A program made the position numbers and the translations under genes. A stretch of 63,876 nt of DNA, filler included, from Hyphochytrium catenoides (taxonomy: Eukaryota > Protista > Hyphochytriomycota), in the NCBI GenBank assembly GCA_900088475.1. It is 13 parts of 13 records of this genome, joined end to end, with 100 filler letters (N's around TTAATTAATTAA, not from the genome) between each part and the next. Parts side by side here need not be neighbours in the genome. Positions count along the whole stretch, not along the records: positions 10,017 to 21,346 come from FLMG01000984.1; positions 21,447 to 22,839 come from FLMG01002011.1; positions 22,940 to 25,517 come from FLMG01000489.1; positions 25,618 to 34,051 come from FLMG01003328.1; 9 more parts are not named here. One strand, written 5' to 3'. Below the pieces are notes generated by a model that had not been told where the DNA came from, searched no databases, and worked only from the letters and a program-made list of their open reading frames with translations. Position 1 is the first letter of the stretch. Every line of letters starts with the position of its first letter. Shown here in pieces: positions 15,254 through 28,484 of this stretch.

Positions 15254-15527
15254 GGCTCTGCCTATGATCGTGCCTCTAATGAGTAGGCAACTCTCTCTCT
15301 CTCTCTCTTTCTTTTTGCTTGCTCAGTGCGCTCTCTCTCTCTTCCCTAGTTTTTAAAGCTCTTTCCCTAAACCTGCTGTTTCACGTTGTTGTCGCTCAGA
15401 GAGAAGAGAAGTACGAGCTCGGGCGGCAGCGGTCTGATGGCCGTTTGGTCCCGAGCCAACGGGCAGAGATAACGCATAAATCTATCCCAGTGACAGAGGG
15501 AGTGAAAACAGAGAGAGAGAAAGAGGA

Positions 15528-15566
<39 letters not shown>

Positions 15567-15862
15567 GGAGGGAGGGAGGGAGGGAGAGAGAGAGAAAGAG
15601 AGAGAGAGAGGTTCGTTCCACTTAACCTTTCATTATCGTCCAGGCATTATAGCCGTTAACGCTAATGGACTTCCTCTTCCTCAAGTATTCGTAATTCCCA
15701 CATATAAGTCTCTCTCCTTCCCCTCTCTCTCTTTCTTGCCTCTCTCTCTCTCTCTCTCTCTCCTTTTCTTTTGCCCTCCCTCTCTCTCTCTCTTTCCCTC
15801 TCTCTGTCTCTCTCTTTTTGCCCTCTCTTTCTCTCTCTACCTCTCTCTCTCTCTCTCTCTAC

Positions 15863-15906
<44 letters not shown>

Positions 15907-16364
15907 TTCTCCCTCCTTGAACTTCAGTCTCTCGAGCTGTGTTCTCACGCATCGCTGTCATCGAACTTTTCTGCCTCTTTCCGGCTTTTCTGCGCTCGTC
16001 AGACGTCGATCGTCTTTTAGTAGTATAGAGAGAGGCAGTGCTACCGAGAGAGTGCAGTTCTCTCTCTCTGTTTGGCTCTCTTTGTCTCTTCCTTTTCCCT
16101 TCTCTTCTCTCTCGTCTGTTCTCGTCGTCAGAAGATCTTTCTCGTCCTTTGTTGGTCCTCCTTGTCCGGCAGCTCACAGCTCTCTCTCTCTCTCTCCTTT
16201 TCTTTTTTTTGACAAGAGAATCTATTTCTTCCCGCTCCATCTCTCTCTCTCTCTCTTCCTGTCCCCCTCTCTCTCTCTTTCTCTTTCTATCTCCATCTCT
16301 CCCGGGCGTTATGGGGCAAGCTCCTGGGCTGATCGTGAGGATAGTCTAGGGCTGAGCTGGGAAG

Positions 16365-16417
16365 ATGGGGAATGGAAACTCTTCTAGGAACTCCTCATCG
16401 GTAATAAGAAGTTTCTC

Positions 16418-16468
<51 letters not shown>

Positions 16469-16583
16469 ATCTCTTCTCTCCCTCCTTTCCTCTCCTGAAG
16501 CTTTTCTTTTTCTGACAATTGCTTGCAAAGGCACTACCACGAATGTCTCACACTTTATATCTTTCTTTCTCTCCCTCTCCGTC

Positions 16584-16614
<31 letters not shown>

Positions 16615-16615
16615 G

Positions 16616-16656
<41 letters not shown>

Positions 16657-16811
16657 TCTTCCCAGCGAAGCGATGGCTCCTCCTCGCGAGTGGACGCAGA
16701 AGCTCCGTCCAGGGCTCTTCAAGAGGGAGAGACCGCAGCAAACCAAGCTGTGCAAGGTAAGGAGATGGCGATCAGAGCATAGACAGGCATGAACAGATAA
16801 GCAATGCCGAT

Positions 16812-16858
<47 letters not shown>

Positions 16859-17025
16859 GTCTCTCTCTCGCGGTCATCTCTCTCAGGCAGCTTTGGCTTC
16901 CCTCTCTCTAGGTCTCTCTCTCGCGGTCATCTCTCTTAGGCAGCTTTGGCTTCTCCTTCCTTCTTTCCTTCTTCTCTTAATGTCTGTCCCTTCCAGTCCT
17001 CATATCGTCTCTTTCTGGTCTCACT

Positions 17026-17062
<37 letters not shown>

Positions 17063-17290
17063 GTCTCTCTCCTGTCTGTAGAGCTGAGTTACTGGAATCT
17101 CATTCGTCATGGATACTCAGAGCTGGTCAACGCGATCATCCGTCCCCCGCGCGCTGTCTATGACGTGAGTGCGCTTGGTCCTTCCTCTTTCTCTTTCTCT
17201 TCCATCCCTTTCCAGAGAACAGACCTCCAGCTAGTGAATAAGAGAGAACAGAGACTGCAATGCTCACACTGGTGAGTCTCTCTCTCTCAG

Positions 17291-17333
<43 letters not shown>

Positions 17334-17912
17334 TCTCCTTTCTTTTCTCTGCTAGCCTCCTTTCCCCCTAAACTCACCTTCTTTTCCTTGTCTCTTCCTC
17401 TCCCTCGTTTTCCGCTCTCTCAATCTATCTTAAATTGTCTGTCTTCCCACTCTCTCTCTTTCCTCTCTTCCTCTCCCTCTGTCTTCCTCTCCCTCTGTCT
17501 TCCTCTCGCTTTTTCTCTCCCTCTTTCTCTCCCCCCTTTCTCCCGCTTCCCCCCACCCTTTCTCTTCCTCTCCTTTCTTGCCCTTTCTTCGATGGCTTCC
17601 TCTCCCTCTTCCGTTGGTCTTGAGATTGGTCCTTCATCTTCGTGGATCTCCGTCCCATCCACGTGGAAGCTCTTTCCTTATTGATTTCTCTCTCTCTTCT
17701 CTTCTTTCTGACTCTCTCTCTCTTCTCTTCTTTCTGACTCTCTCTCTTCTCTTCTTCTCACAGTGTCTCTAAAATGAGCTCTTTTCTCTCCGATGTGGTT
17801 AAACTATTTACCCTTTCTCTGCTGACTTTCCGACTTCAATACTCACTCCATCCGCTCTCTTTTTCTTTCTCTCTCTCACTCTTTCCCCTCTGTCTCACTC
17901 TCTCTCTCATCT

Positions 17913-17970
<58 letters not shown>

Positions 17971-18732
17971 AGGGAGCCGGTCCAGGAGGATGGTAGTAAT
18001 GTCCCTCGGCCTTGCATTGTATATCTTCATGGAAACTCCTCTTGCCGGGTGGAAGTACGTAGGAAAATCTCCCTCTGGACTTTCTCTCTCTCTCTCTCTC
18101 TCTCCCTCTCTCTCCCCATAAATTTTTTGTCCTGTCTGTGGTTCTCTCTATCTATATCTCTGACGTCCCTAACCTCTAGCTGGCCTCTCCCTCTCATGTT
18201 CTTTCTCCTCTTTTTCCAATCTCTCTGTCCATGTCCCTTATACTACCATGCTCTCTCTTCTTTTTAGAAAATAGTCTTCTCCCTCTTTACATGGTCAGAG
18301 GTTTCCAGTTCCTGTCGCTTTCTCTCTCTCGTCTGTCTGTTGCTCTCTCTCTCTCTCTCTCTCCTTTTTTGTCTCTTTGTATCACACTAACACACCTTTC
18401 CCTTCCCTCCGCTTGCGTCATTGCTCTCTCTTCTGCTGTGTCTCTCTATCTTTCTCGCTCGCATTTCTCTCCTCTCTCTCTCTCTCTCTCTCCCCTTGGG
18501 TTCAAAGGCTCTCTCTATTCTCCGACCTTGTTTATCTTCAGGGATGTCAGTCTTCGCCTTTGATTTCTCGGGTAGGAATGCGATTTAGCTTCCTCTTCTC
18601 TCTTCTGTTCCCTTTCCAAATCTGTTTTTTTCTTATAGGGCTATCCGCCCTCTGTCATCTATCTCCAAGCAATGTGCCTTCTTGCTTTTTTCTCTCTCTC
18701 TCTATCTCTCTCTCTCTATCTATCTATCTATC

Positions 18733-18794
<62 letters not shown>

Positions 18795-19792
18795 CTATTC
18801 CTTGGCTGGTCGCTCACAATGCGTTCTTTCTAACATAAATAGGCTCAGGTCAATCTGACGGGGAATACATTTCTCTTGGCTTTTTTGAGAGAGGTGCGGT
18901 CCCTCCCTTTCCAAGTTCTCTTTCTCTCGCTTTCTTTTTTCTCTCTTTTTCTCTCCTCACACCTCCTTCTCTTTCTTGGTCTCTCTCTTGCTCTCTCTCT
19001 CTCTCTCTCTCCTCATATCTCCTTCTCTGTTCCGACCTCCCTCTCTGTTCCGACCTCCCTCTCGCTCTTTCTTTCCCTCTTCTTGCTTTTGGACTCTTTG
19101 TCCTTTGTCCGGCTATTAGGCCCTTTTGCTACAGTACGAAAAGTCTCTTCTCACTCTCCCTTTTGCCATCCTTTTCTTCTTCCCAACTTCTCTCTACCAC
19201 TCTCTCTTTCACCCACACGCTCTCTCTCTCTCTCTTGCTTCTCTCTTGCCTCTCTCTCTCTCTCTCTTGCTTCTGTCTCTCTCTCTCTTGCTTCTCTCTT
19301 GCTTCTGTCTCTCTCNNNNNNNNNNNNNNNNNNNNNNNNNNNNNNNNNNNNNNNNNNNNNNNNNNNNNNNNNNNNNNNNNNNNNNNNNNNNNNNNNNNNN
19401 NNNNNNNNNNNNNNNNNNNNNNNNNNNNNNNNNNNNNNNNNNNNNNNNNNNNNNNNNNNNNNNNNCTCCGAGGCACGGGCAGAGTCTCTACGATTGCTCT
19501 GTGGGGCCGCAGCATGGGAGCCAGCACCGCGCTGCTTCACGGCCCACGCGACCCTTCCATAGCCGCGCTGGTGATTGACTCCACCTTCGCCTCACTTACT
19601 CAATTGGTACTACTCTCTCTCTCTCTCTCTCTTGCTACCGTGTCTGTGACTCCTCTCTGTCTCTGTCTCTGCCTCTCCCCTTCTCTCCCTTTCGCTCTCT
19701 CTCTCGCACTACATTACCACCCCTTTTCTCCCACTCTCTTTCGATCCGCTTGACTCCAATCAACCCCTTACATCCCTTACCCAATCGGTATC

Positions 19793-19826
<34 letters not shown>

Positions 19827-20512
19827 TTATGGTGCCCTCTTTGTCTCTCTCTCTCTCTCTCTCTCTCTATGTTGCCCTCTCTCTCTCTCCAAGCTTTGGT
19901 GTTTATCTCCATTCTCAGGCTTCGAACTATTGGCGCCACAGCTCTAGAAATTTTTCTATATCACTTCTTCTTTTCTCTCTCTTCCTTTTGGTCTTGGAAG
20001 CCCTGAGGTCCCTTGTCTCTCCCTCTTCTCGAGAAGGAATCTCTCCTCTCTGTTTCCTGCGTTTGATCTCTATCTCTTTAGTATGGCTAGATGTTCTCTC
20101 TCTCCTAATGGCCTCTTTCTCTCTCGTTTTTGTTCCGTCAGGCAGAGGAGCTGGTCGATCATAGCAGGAAAGAAGGTTATGCGATCCCAGGTCGGTGGGA
20201 CGATTCTTCATTCTTTTGCGTCTCTCTCTCTTCCTCTCTCTCTCTCTCTGTCTTCCACCCGTCTTGGGGAGAAGGGAAATGTTTTGCTTCAAACTTTCTG
20301 GTCCTTCTGCTCTCTGCTCTGCTTTGCTGTACTTTCTATCAGTCTATGTAGAATCGAGTTCCTTTGAGTCTCTCTTTCTCTCTCTCCCTCTCTCTCTCCC
20401 ATTCTCTGCCTATCTATCTCTATATGTTTGTCTCTCTGTCTCTGGAGGCCCAAGTCACGGCGTCGATGACCGTTTTCTGCAAATGTATCTCATATCTCCC
20501 GTGACGCTTTCC

Positions 20513-20576
<64 letters not shown>

Positions 20577-21257
20577 CTTTTCATCTAACTGTCATTTCTG
20601 CCTTTGAATATGTGGAATACTCGTCTCTCTTTCTGTCTCTCCTTCCCCGAGAAGGCTTCGTGGTCAAAATTGTTTTGAAGATGATCCGCCACTCAGTTCA
20701 GAAGCGCGCGGGATTCAACATCGACGATCTGGCGCCTCTCGATCACGCAAGCCAGTGCTTTATACCTGCACTCTTCGTCGGTCAGTACCTCTCTTTCCCT
20801 CAGAACAAGCCGTCTCTCTCCTCTCTCTTTCTCTCTTACAGTCTCTCTCTCTCTCTCTCTGTCTCTCTCTTCCTCTCGCTCTCATGGTCTCTCTCTTGCT
20901 ACCATCTGTCTCTGGGGTGTATGCTCTTCGTTAGAGACAGATGGTGTGTCTCCTCTTCCCTATCTCTCTCCCTATCTCTCTCTCTCTCCCTCTCTCTCTT
21001 GTTTTTTTTTTCTGTTTTTTTCTCTCTCTCTGTCCTCTCCCGCGCTCACTCTATCCCTTTAGCTCCGTCCTTCACTCTCACTTTCTCTACGCTTACAAAT
21101 ATGTTTCGCTTTTAGTCACTCTGTTTTGTCTCTCTCTCTCTTTCTCTTCTCCCCACCAACTTCTCTACCATTATCTACCGTCGCTGTTCATCTCTGTACA
21201 GTCGCCGCTGATGATGAGTTCGTTCGGCCACATCATGGGAGACAAGTGTATGAGAAG
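16365..21257 (+). CDS. Alpha/beta hydrolase (YqkD-like serine hydrolase), 3'-partial, with an N-myristoylation-like start
   Basis: Phase-consistent exons 16365-16400, 16666-16756, 17082-17271, 17973-18054, 18508-18571, 18843-18893, ~19466-19606, ~20142-20189, ~20655-20780, 21202-21257: IIRPPR, IVYLHGNSSCRVE, FDFSGSGQSDGEYISLG, nucleophile elbow WGRSMG, FIPALF, DDEFVRPHH. Confidence 0.92.
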
Positions 21258-21447
21258 GTGAGGCGAGCAAGAGAGGGAATAGAGAGATAGACAGAAACAG
21301 AAGGAGAGAGACGAGAGAGAGAAAGAAAGAGAGAGAGAGAGAGAGANNNNNNNNNNNNNNNNNNNNNNNNNNNNNNNNNNNNNNNNNNNNTTAATTAATT
21401 AANNNNNNNNNNNNNNNNNNNNNNNNNNNNNNNNNNNNNNNNNNNNA

Positions 21448-21630
21448 GGAGGAGGACTACTGAAGTCACAGATCTCGGCAATGACTGATGTTTTTGATAG
21501 ACAAGTGGTGCTCAAAGCGCCAAACCTGACAGGATCAAGATATAGCGCAGCCCAGCTGAAGTCACTCAGCAATTTACCAGGAAAGCAGGATGACATGGCG
21601 ATTTGCGTATGCCACATAGACACCAACTAG
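21448..21630 (+). CDS. C-terminal fragment of an unknown protein, possibly a PPM/PP2C-type phosphatase
   Basis: Open frame from the contig edge ending ...LPGKQDDMAICVCHIDTN*, resembling the terminal GKxDDxT/A-hydrophobic strand of PTC7-like phosphatases. Single motif only. Confidence 0.2.
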   Translation, partial: GGGLLKSQISAMTDVFDRQVVLKAPNLTGSRYSAAQLKSLSNLPGKQDDMAICVCHIDTN

Positions 21631-22580
21631 AGGTTCCCTTTCACACACCTCTGAGCTCACCTTGTGTCGCCTAAGGCTGTAAAGCGGAGATCCGTGAGGT
21701 TAAAAGATTTCGATCAGCAAGCGGAACACAACCTTTATTGCGCTGAGACTCTGAGAATCAGACGAAGACACAGCAAAACACTGACTTTATTTATTGAAAT
21801 GTGGCATTAGCTGCAAAGAGGACACAAGCGGTTCACATTCTACCTTCCTTATCTTATAATAAAGAAAGAAGCGCTGACTGTACCAGCATCCCTTTATTAC
21901 CAAGAAAAGCCATCTAACTGCCGCGATGTCATTAAGCTCCTTGCGCCAATGAGCTCTCTCATTGGCCCAGCGCCTTCCTTTGTCATAAGAAGACTATGGA
22001 TTAGACGCAATTTCCTGTAAATAATCTCTGCAGCCGAGGAGACATATACCACTATCAGAGAGGTCACATCAGTTTTAGTAGGCCCATACCGACAGCCATA
22101 AGCGTCTCTCTTTTGCAATGTACCCTCCAGTCTCTTTTCTCTTCCTGAGCTCCACATTCATTGAAGATCGGGAAGACTGTTTTGAAGATCAATGCAATAT
22201 GATGTCTGACACTTCTCGAACCAGGTGATACGAAAGCTGCGCCGACTTAATAAAGGCGCTCTGCAGTCCCCTTCCACCTACCTCTCCATTGTCCCACATA
22301 AAGACATAGAACCTCTACTCCTCGACATGCGGCTTCCTCAAGAAGATCCGTATTCAGAGACTAGAAGCAGCGCCTCAGATCTCTGGAATAAGCTTTGGCA
22401 GGACCATCCATCGACCCGCGAACGCATCAGAATGACGTTTGGCGCGAACCGGGTGGGTGGGCCTTTTAAAAAATAGTGATCTCTAGTATTTATACCTGGG
22501 GGCGGATGGGCGTTGTGGTGAGAGTGTTGTAGGGAGTGAGCATGTGACTTTCTTATGGAAAGAAAGAGAGAGAAAGAGAG

Positions 22581-22630
<50 letters not shown>

Positions 22631-25105
22631 AAGAGAGAGAAACGTGAGCAAGAATGGTCCTTCATTGAAGTCGTCATCTTCTCTATGCCTGATCATCTGC
22701 TGTCGCCAACAGATTCTTTGCGTGTGCCTTGAAGAGAGACACTTGTCAGCTTCCTTCCTCTGCAGCAGACCCTAAAGAGCTCCAGATCGCTTCGTTCTAC
22801 TTCGTCTGTCCTGATTCCTACGGCTCCTTCCTAGGGGTANNNNNNNNNNNNNNNNNNNNNNNNNNNNNNNNNNNNNNNNNNNNTTAATTAATTAANNNNN
22901 NNNNNNNNNNNNNNNNNNNNNNNNNNNNNNNNNNNNNNNCTTCGTCCTGTTCCAGAAGCTTGCCACGCGGCAGTGCCGTGGCGTGTGGCGTACTATTGAT
23001 TTCCCTCTACATACTAGGGCCTAACTGAAACTTAGCGTATTACTACCTCTATTTTTGTGGAGAGATGCTTTTGATGTGAATGTGCGTTGTTGTAGTATTG
23101 ATGTACTCTTCCAGAAGATCGTCGTCTTTTCTCTTCTTGTTGGAGAGGAGTTGCCTCCTTTATTTACTTGTTGGTAGAAGAAGAAGGAGGCTTAGTTGGA
23201 TGCCTTCTTCGATCTTCATATTATTATTGGGTCCTTATTATTAGGAGCACACTGGCTTGGCGTGACGACCATGCGACTAATAAACGCGCAGCAGCGAGGT
23301 CTCTTTTTCCGAGAAGAAGGATGATGAAAGAAAAAGATTGAGAAGGAGATAAGGTCGGAGGAACTTATTATGTAGAATTTGGAGTGTCTCTCTGCTTGCC
23401 TCCTATCGTTCCATAATTTATCGAGGAGGGTCATACATCTACTTACTAGTCGTCTGTGTGTGTGGATAAAACACGAAAAAAGGATCTTCCAGTGGCAGCC
23501 TAGCAACAAGCAAGCACATGGTGATGACCCAGACCGACTACTACTAGCTACTACTGCCTTCTTCATGGGCAGGAGGACAAGTGGTGAACAAGGTGGCGTG
23601 GCGGACTCCCCAAGGCGTCGGCGTCAGTGTAACAACCTCGCTGGAGGCTTCATTCATTCTTCACCACCATAAGCAGCCAGACCAAAAAAAAAGATATGTA
23701 AGAAGAGATCTTCATAGAACTTTTTATGATGTATGTTCGTTGAAAAGAGAAAAGAGGTAACAACAACGCATCTCCTCAGGCCTATGCTGTCTTATCCACC
23801 CTATGTTGTTGATGGCCAGCCACTGGCTGGTGTGGAGTAGGAGGCAACACCGCTCACGGCAAGAAGAAGAACAACAAGAAGAGGAAGAAACAAACAAGGT
23901 CACTGCCTCCTTAATGCCTTTTTTTTCTTTTGGAGGATTGAAGGGATAGAGTTGCTGTTTGTGGATGCTGCTCTGCCTACTAGTAACGAGATTATGGGTC
24001 GTAGGAGGTAAGTAGAAGGGGTGAGTCCTGTCGCTGTCATCGCATCATGCTTATCCTCGTCATCACTACTACTCTTGTTTCTAGTAATTTTATTATGGAG
24101 AGGTCAGTCAGTCTTTTTGAGCCCGTCTTCGGACTTCTATCTAATTGTTGTTCGCAAAAATAACTCTAACCATAAGCTAAGCAGCGCGGTGGCGGACGTT
24201 TTCCTGTTGTTGGTTTTTCACCACTTATCTAAAGGTGTAGGCTGCTGACGAGCACCTTCTTTTTCCATTTACATTTTGTTGACGGCATCCTACCACCACC
24301 AACAGCGACGGCTGATGACTATGCCGCCCGCATGATGATGATGACCTTCTTTCTTGACCTTCTTTCTCTCTTCATAATGTCGGAGGTGCTGAATAATGGA
24401 GGAGGTCCGTCCGTTGCCCTGCCATCCTAATAACATGGAATGAGCCATGTGGCGGTGGTGGTGGTGGCAGAGTTTTACCTCTGACCTCTTCTTCTTCTTT
24501 GACAACAACAACAATAGTAGTAGGTGACCACAATAATGTTGCATGTATTATAAAAGAGCGTCTTATCCTAGCAAGGCGGTAATCCTTTGTTAGTCATGAT
24601 GATGCCGCCGCCATCATAACCAGCATGATGTTACACAGACGGCTCTTACTTCTGAGAAGAAGTGACGGTCATCAGGCAGGAGTGAGATCCGTCGTAACAA
24701 CAGATTGTCCTTGTTTTATATGGTGAGCCAACCAACTGGGGAACTTCTCACAAGAAGAAGACGAAGATCATTCTACGAGTATAAGAAAGTAGTTCTAAAT
24801 AATGTAGACGATGGCTGGGGGAAAAGCTGTTGTAAAATTGTTGAAAGGCATTTAGAGTAATAATAACCTTCCTACTTGTAGAACTTCCTGACCTCTGTAA
24901 TCACAGTTTTACTCTGGTTTTACTTGAAAAGGAGGAAAGAAAAGTTATTAACCATGGCTTTATAAAAACAGCTGATTGTGGGAACGGTGGTGAGGTGGGA
25001 CAAAGAGAAAAAATGACAGACAATAATCAGCAGCGGCCACCTTCACGGAAAACTCTGAGCAAATGTTGTGTTGCGGTGAAGTCTAGGGAGTTGGCGGTGG
25101 TTCAG

Positions 25106-25134
25106 CCTAACCCTAACCCTAACCCTAACCCTAA
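25106..25134. repeat. Short interstitial telomeric-type repeat, CCTAA(CCCTAA)4
   Basis: Read directly from the sequence. Confidence 0.85.
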
Positions 25135-25617
25135 GCAGGATAGGGTTGAAGACAAGGGCTCAAACAGAAAAATCTAGGCAAAGTTGTGCTGGTGGTTGTG
25201 CTGGATTGTCATCAGCAGCGGAGGACAGTCGTCGCCGCCACCCACTGGATGATCTTTGTTCTTCTTCGTTGTTAGTTTATTCATGCAGAAAGCAAGGGTG
25301 ATGATAATGGATGAACAAGGTTGCTCTGCTGCACCTTCTGCTACCTCCTCCGCATGGCAACGCATCATCAAGTAGATAGAAGAAGAAGTACTATTCCCAG
25401 TGTTGTTGTTGGTGCTGCCCTTTTTTCTCCGCTGCGGCTTGTTGTTGTTGTGGCAGCAGCAAGAAGAAGAGAAGAAGTTCCGTCGTCAGGATATCTTCCC
25501 TCGCTCGTGGTGGTGGCNNNNNNNNNNNNNNNNNNNNNNNNNNNNNNNNNNNNNNNNNNNNTTAATTAATTAANNNNNNNNNNNNNNNNNNNNNNNNNNN
25601 NNNNNNNNNNNNNNNNN

Positions 25618-26437
25618 CGGTAGTTGCGGTGCCCTACCATCAACCTCCCGTTGTTGCTCTGACGGCGGTGGTGGCAGGCCCAGGTCTAACTTGGTCGGGG
25701 TGCTATTAGATGACAGAAGGCTAGTAGCCGTGGTTGCCCAGGCTTCAAAGAGCTCGTCGGGAGCAACAACGAATTCCACTGTTTCCACGGACGTCTCTCT
25801 TTCATTGAGAAAACCTGCCACAGTACTCATTGCGATATCTGCTATCTCATGCATGGAAAGACTAGAATTCTGGATCTCAGGAGCCTCAATCGCGACATTC
25901 TCAGCACTTGACTGGGAAGCAAGCTCCAAAGCAGATATGAATGTATGCTCCAGCACTCTCCTACACTCCTCAATGCCTTCTGTATCGGGACCTACAGCGT
26001 GGATAATTTGCTTAATGGGAAGATGGAAGCCTGATGTAGCTTTTGCGGCTCCTGGCAGGCAGCGAATGCCAGGTTGGATCTCAGGAAGCATTTCGAGAGC
26101 CTGTGAGAAGCAGATAGGAGTCAGTTTTTTTATGCTGCCTTATAGGATGGTACCCGAGTTTCCTGATGTTTATAACTGATGAACTACCTTACCTTCCAGA
26201 GATCTTCTCCAGCATTTGCGTATAGGGCTGATTCGGCTGTGCAGCCTGCAGGCGCGCGAGAGATAATTTTTAGCTGCTAGACATATGCTGTCATGAAGCA
26301 AACAGCGTGTACATACCTTCAAGGAGGCTCTGCTTGGCAAAGACTACAACTGCATCGCCCTCCCAGCCGGAAATCCTGCCTTGAGAGATAACAAGAGATT
26401 TCTTGCTAGGACTAAGGTAATGACGGACTCTGGCCAT
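25618..26437 (-). CDS. Macrodomain protein with degenerate ADP-ribose-binding motifs, 3'-partial
   Basis: Exons 26437-26317, 26245-26193, 26100-25618: LVISQGRISGWEGDAVV, ESALYANAGEDLWKA, RCLPGAAKATSGFHLPIKQIIHAVGP, LEHTFISALELA, VETVEFVV follow the MacroD/YmdB layout. Further 5' exons are possible. Confidence 0.8.
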
Positions 26438-28484
26438 CCTGTCCCAGCCGTTGGCCCCGGTCCCAGATCGGGAGTCAAATCAGAGGAAGTAGGGCTTCCA
26501 AAAAGTTTGGACGTAGATTTGGAGCAGTGGCCTGGATCAACTACTACCCTTTGGTTTGACGGAGGCAGAGCCTTCAATTGGCTAACGTGCGAATGGATAG
26601 GACGCCTCAATTTCTGCCTCCTTAACTGCTGGCGTCTGAACAGTGTCCGTCATTGAGGTGCTTGTGGCACAAGCAGGATCAGCCACGCAACCACCTAGAC
26701 GTGGCAGGACAAACAGCTACAGTGCCACAGTTTGGTAGAGTAAAGTCCGATATAAATTCTCCCTTCCTTGCTCTTCTACTTGCTGCTTCCGCTTACTTTT
26801 CCTTCTGCTGCGTCTCCAATCCACGGAGGAATATGTACCTCTTAGTAAGCTCCCAAAGAAAAAGGTCTTAGAACCTCCTCCTTGCAGCTTCGTCGCTTCA
26901 TCGCTTATGCCGAGGACGAAGCTCAAAACAGACACTGCCTCGCGTGGTGATGCCTTGAAGTTCTGTCTTCGTTCTGCGAATGATGTTCAATTTGGTGCAC
27001 TTCGCCGCCTGAGACGCTCCACAGACAACAGCGGTAGGACTCGAGTAAGTATCCGAGTTAAATAAGGAATTATCCAAGTGTATACCGGGGATAATAACCC
27101 GGGCCCTTTAGCCACTTGGTTCAGTATAATTCTCATAATAGTTCGAGTCATACTCGGGTCATTGGGTCGCATGATGTTGCAGGAAGATGATGTTGAAGAA
27201 GTTTTGAAGATGCAGATGAAAATGAGACTGCCGATAGAGATCTGGCTGGAGATTATTGTTGATGTCTCAAGTCTCAAGCCGACAACCTGCCCCGTGGCAA
27301 AGGGACTATGGTGAGATGATGGTACCTAGAAGGGTTCTGCGTGGCTCCTTCCAGCGTCCATTTAGAAAAGCGGTCCTGGATTGGGGAGTGGCAAGCGGAT
27401 TGGACACTGTCGGGCGTCATCGAGTGGTAGCAGATGAGATGGAATGAAGGAACCCTTCTGGGATGAATATGAAATAGAGTTCATCATAGGCTCCTCATAA
27501 CTTAGCTTTCCCCTATCGGCATCTCCACAAGCCTCCATCAGTTATCTGAAGCACCTCTCCAGCACTGTCCCTGACAAGTCGAAAGTCGTCTTCGTCCAAA
27601 TAGCCAGAAGTAAAACAACCGTATCAGCGGTACGTGTGAAGACTCCCCTTCGCTTTCGCAGCACGCCGTTAAAGTCAGACATGGACCTGGCCAGGAGCGA
27701 TCTGTACCATCCTTGCACCATCCCCTTCTCTCAGAACCATTAATCAAAAGCCGTCATTCCGCAAGAGTCAGAGTTTCTAGGCAGACTATCAATGAGTGAA
27801 TTATCACTGTGTCACTACTATCTGTCCAGGTTCTGTGCCTTACTATCTGGGTTTCTATAAGCCCTTTAAACCTCCCTGTCCATGGCTTGTGGAACCTATG
27901 AAAGAGAAACGAAGGGCTAAAGAAGAGAAGGATGATGAGGAAATGCGGAACCAACCGCGCATCTATTACTCCATCAATTATTACCCGGCGAATCTGGACT
28001 CTTCCACTCCTTCCCCATTAGAGAAAGAAGGATGACCATCTGGATGATGATGAAGAGGTGAAAATGAGCTGGATTAGGAAAACACTCAGTTGGTGACGCC
28101 GAGAAGAGATCTTCGCGAGTAATGCCAGCGAGGGAGACGTCCTCAATATCTCAAAACGGATCGGCGGAAGGAGTGATATAAAAAAACAGCAGCAAGATTG
28201 GAAAGAGAAGGGAGCGAAGGATTAGAAGGGCAGGGGAAGAAGGTGAGACAGACAGTGAGGTGCAGAGGAGAAGAGAACGAACGAGAGAACGGAGAAGAGA
28301 ACGAGTTGATATAGTTATGATCGTTCGATCCTTTGTACATTATTTAGTGAAGGAAGCGCATAGACCCCTAACATTGGAAAAGTTAAAGATATTGCCCAGA
28401 AACTCCTCAGGAGAAACTAGTACTTCGGCGCCCAGGACGAGGGAGCGGGAGTTTGAGTCCGCGGTCGTCTGCGCCGTGACTCAC

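Noticed and set aside
21448-21630. Resemblance to a herpes/mirusvirus terminase C-terminus (SRYSA...QDDMAI)
   Set aside because: Only 60 aa, no ATPase or other viral genes nearby; a PP2C-like terminal strand or chance explains it equally well.
22940-25517. Short ORFs here and in 52000-54600
   Set aside because: Trinucleotide-rich low-complexity sequence with no motifs or coherent exon chains.
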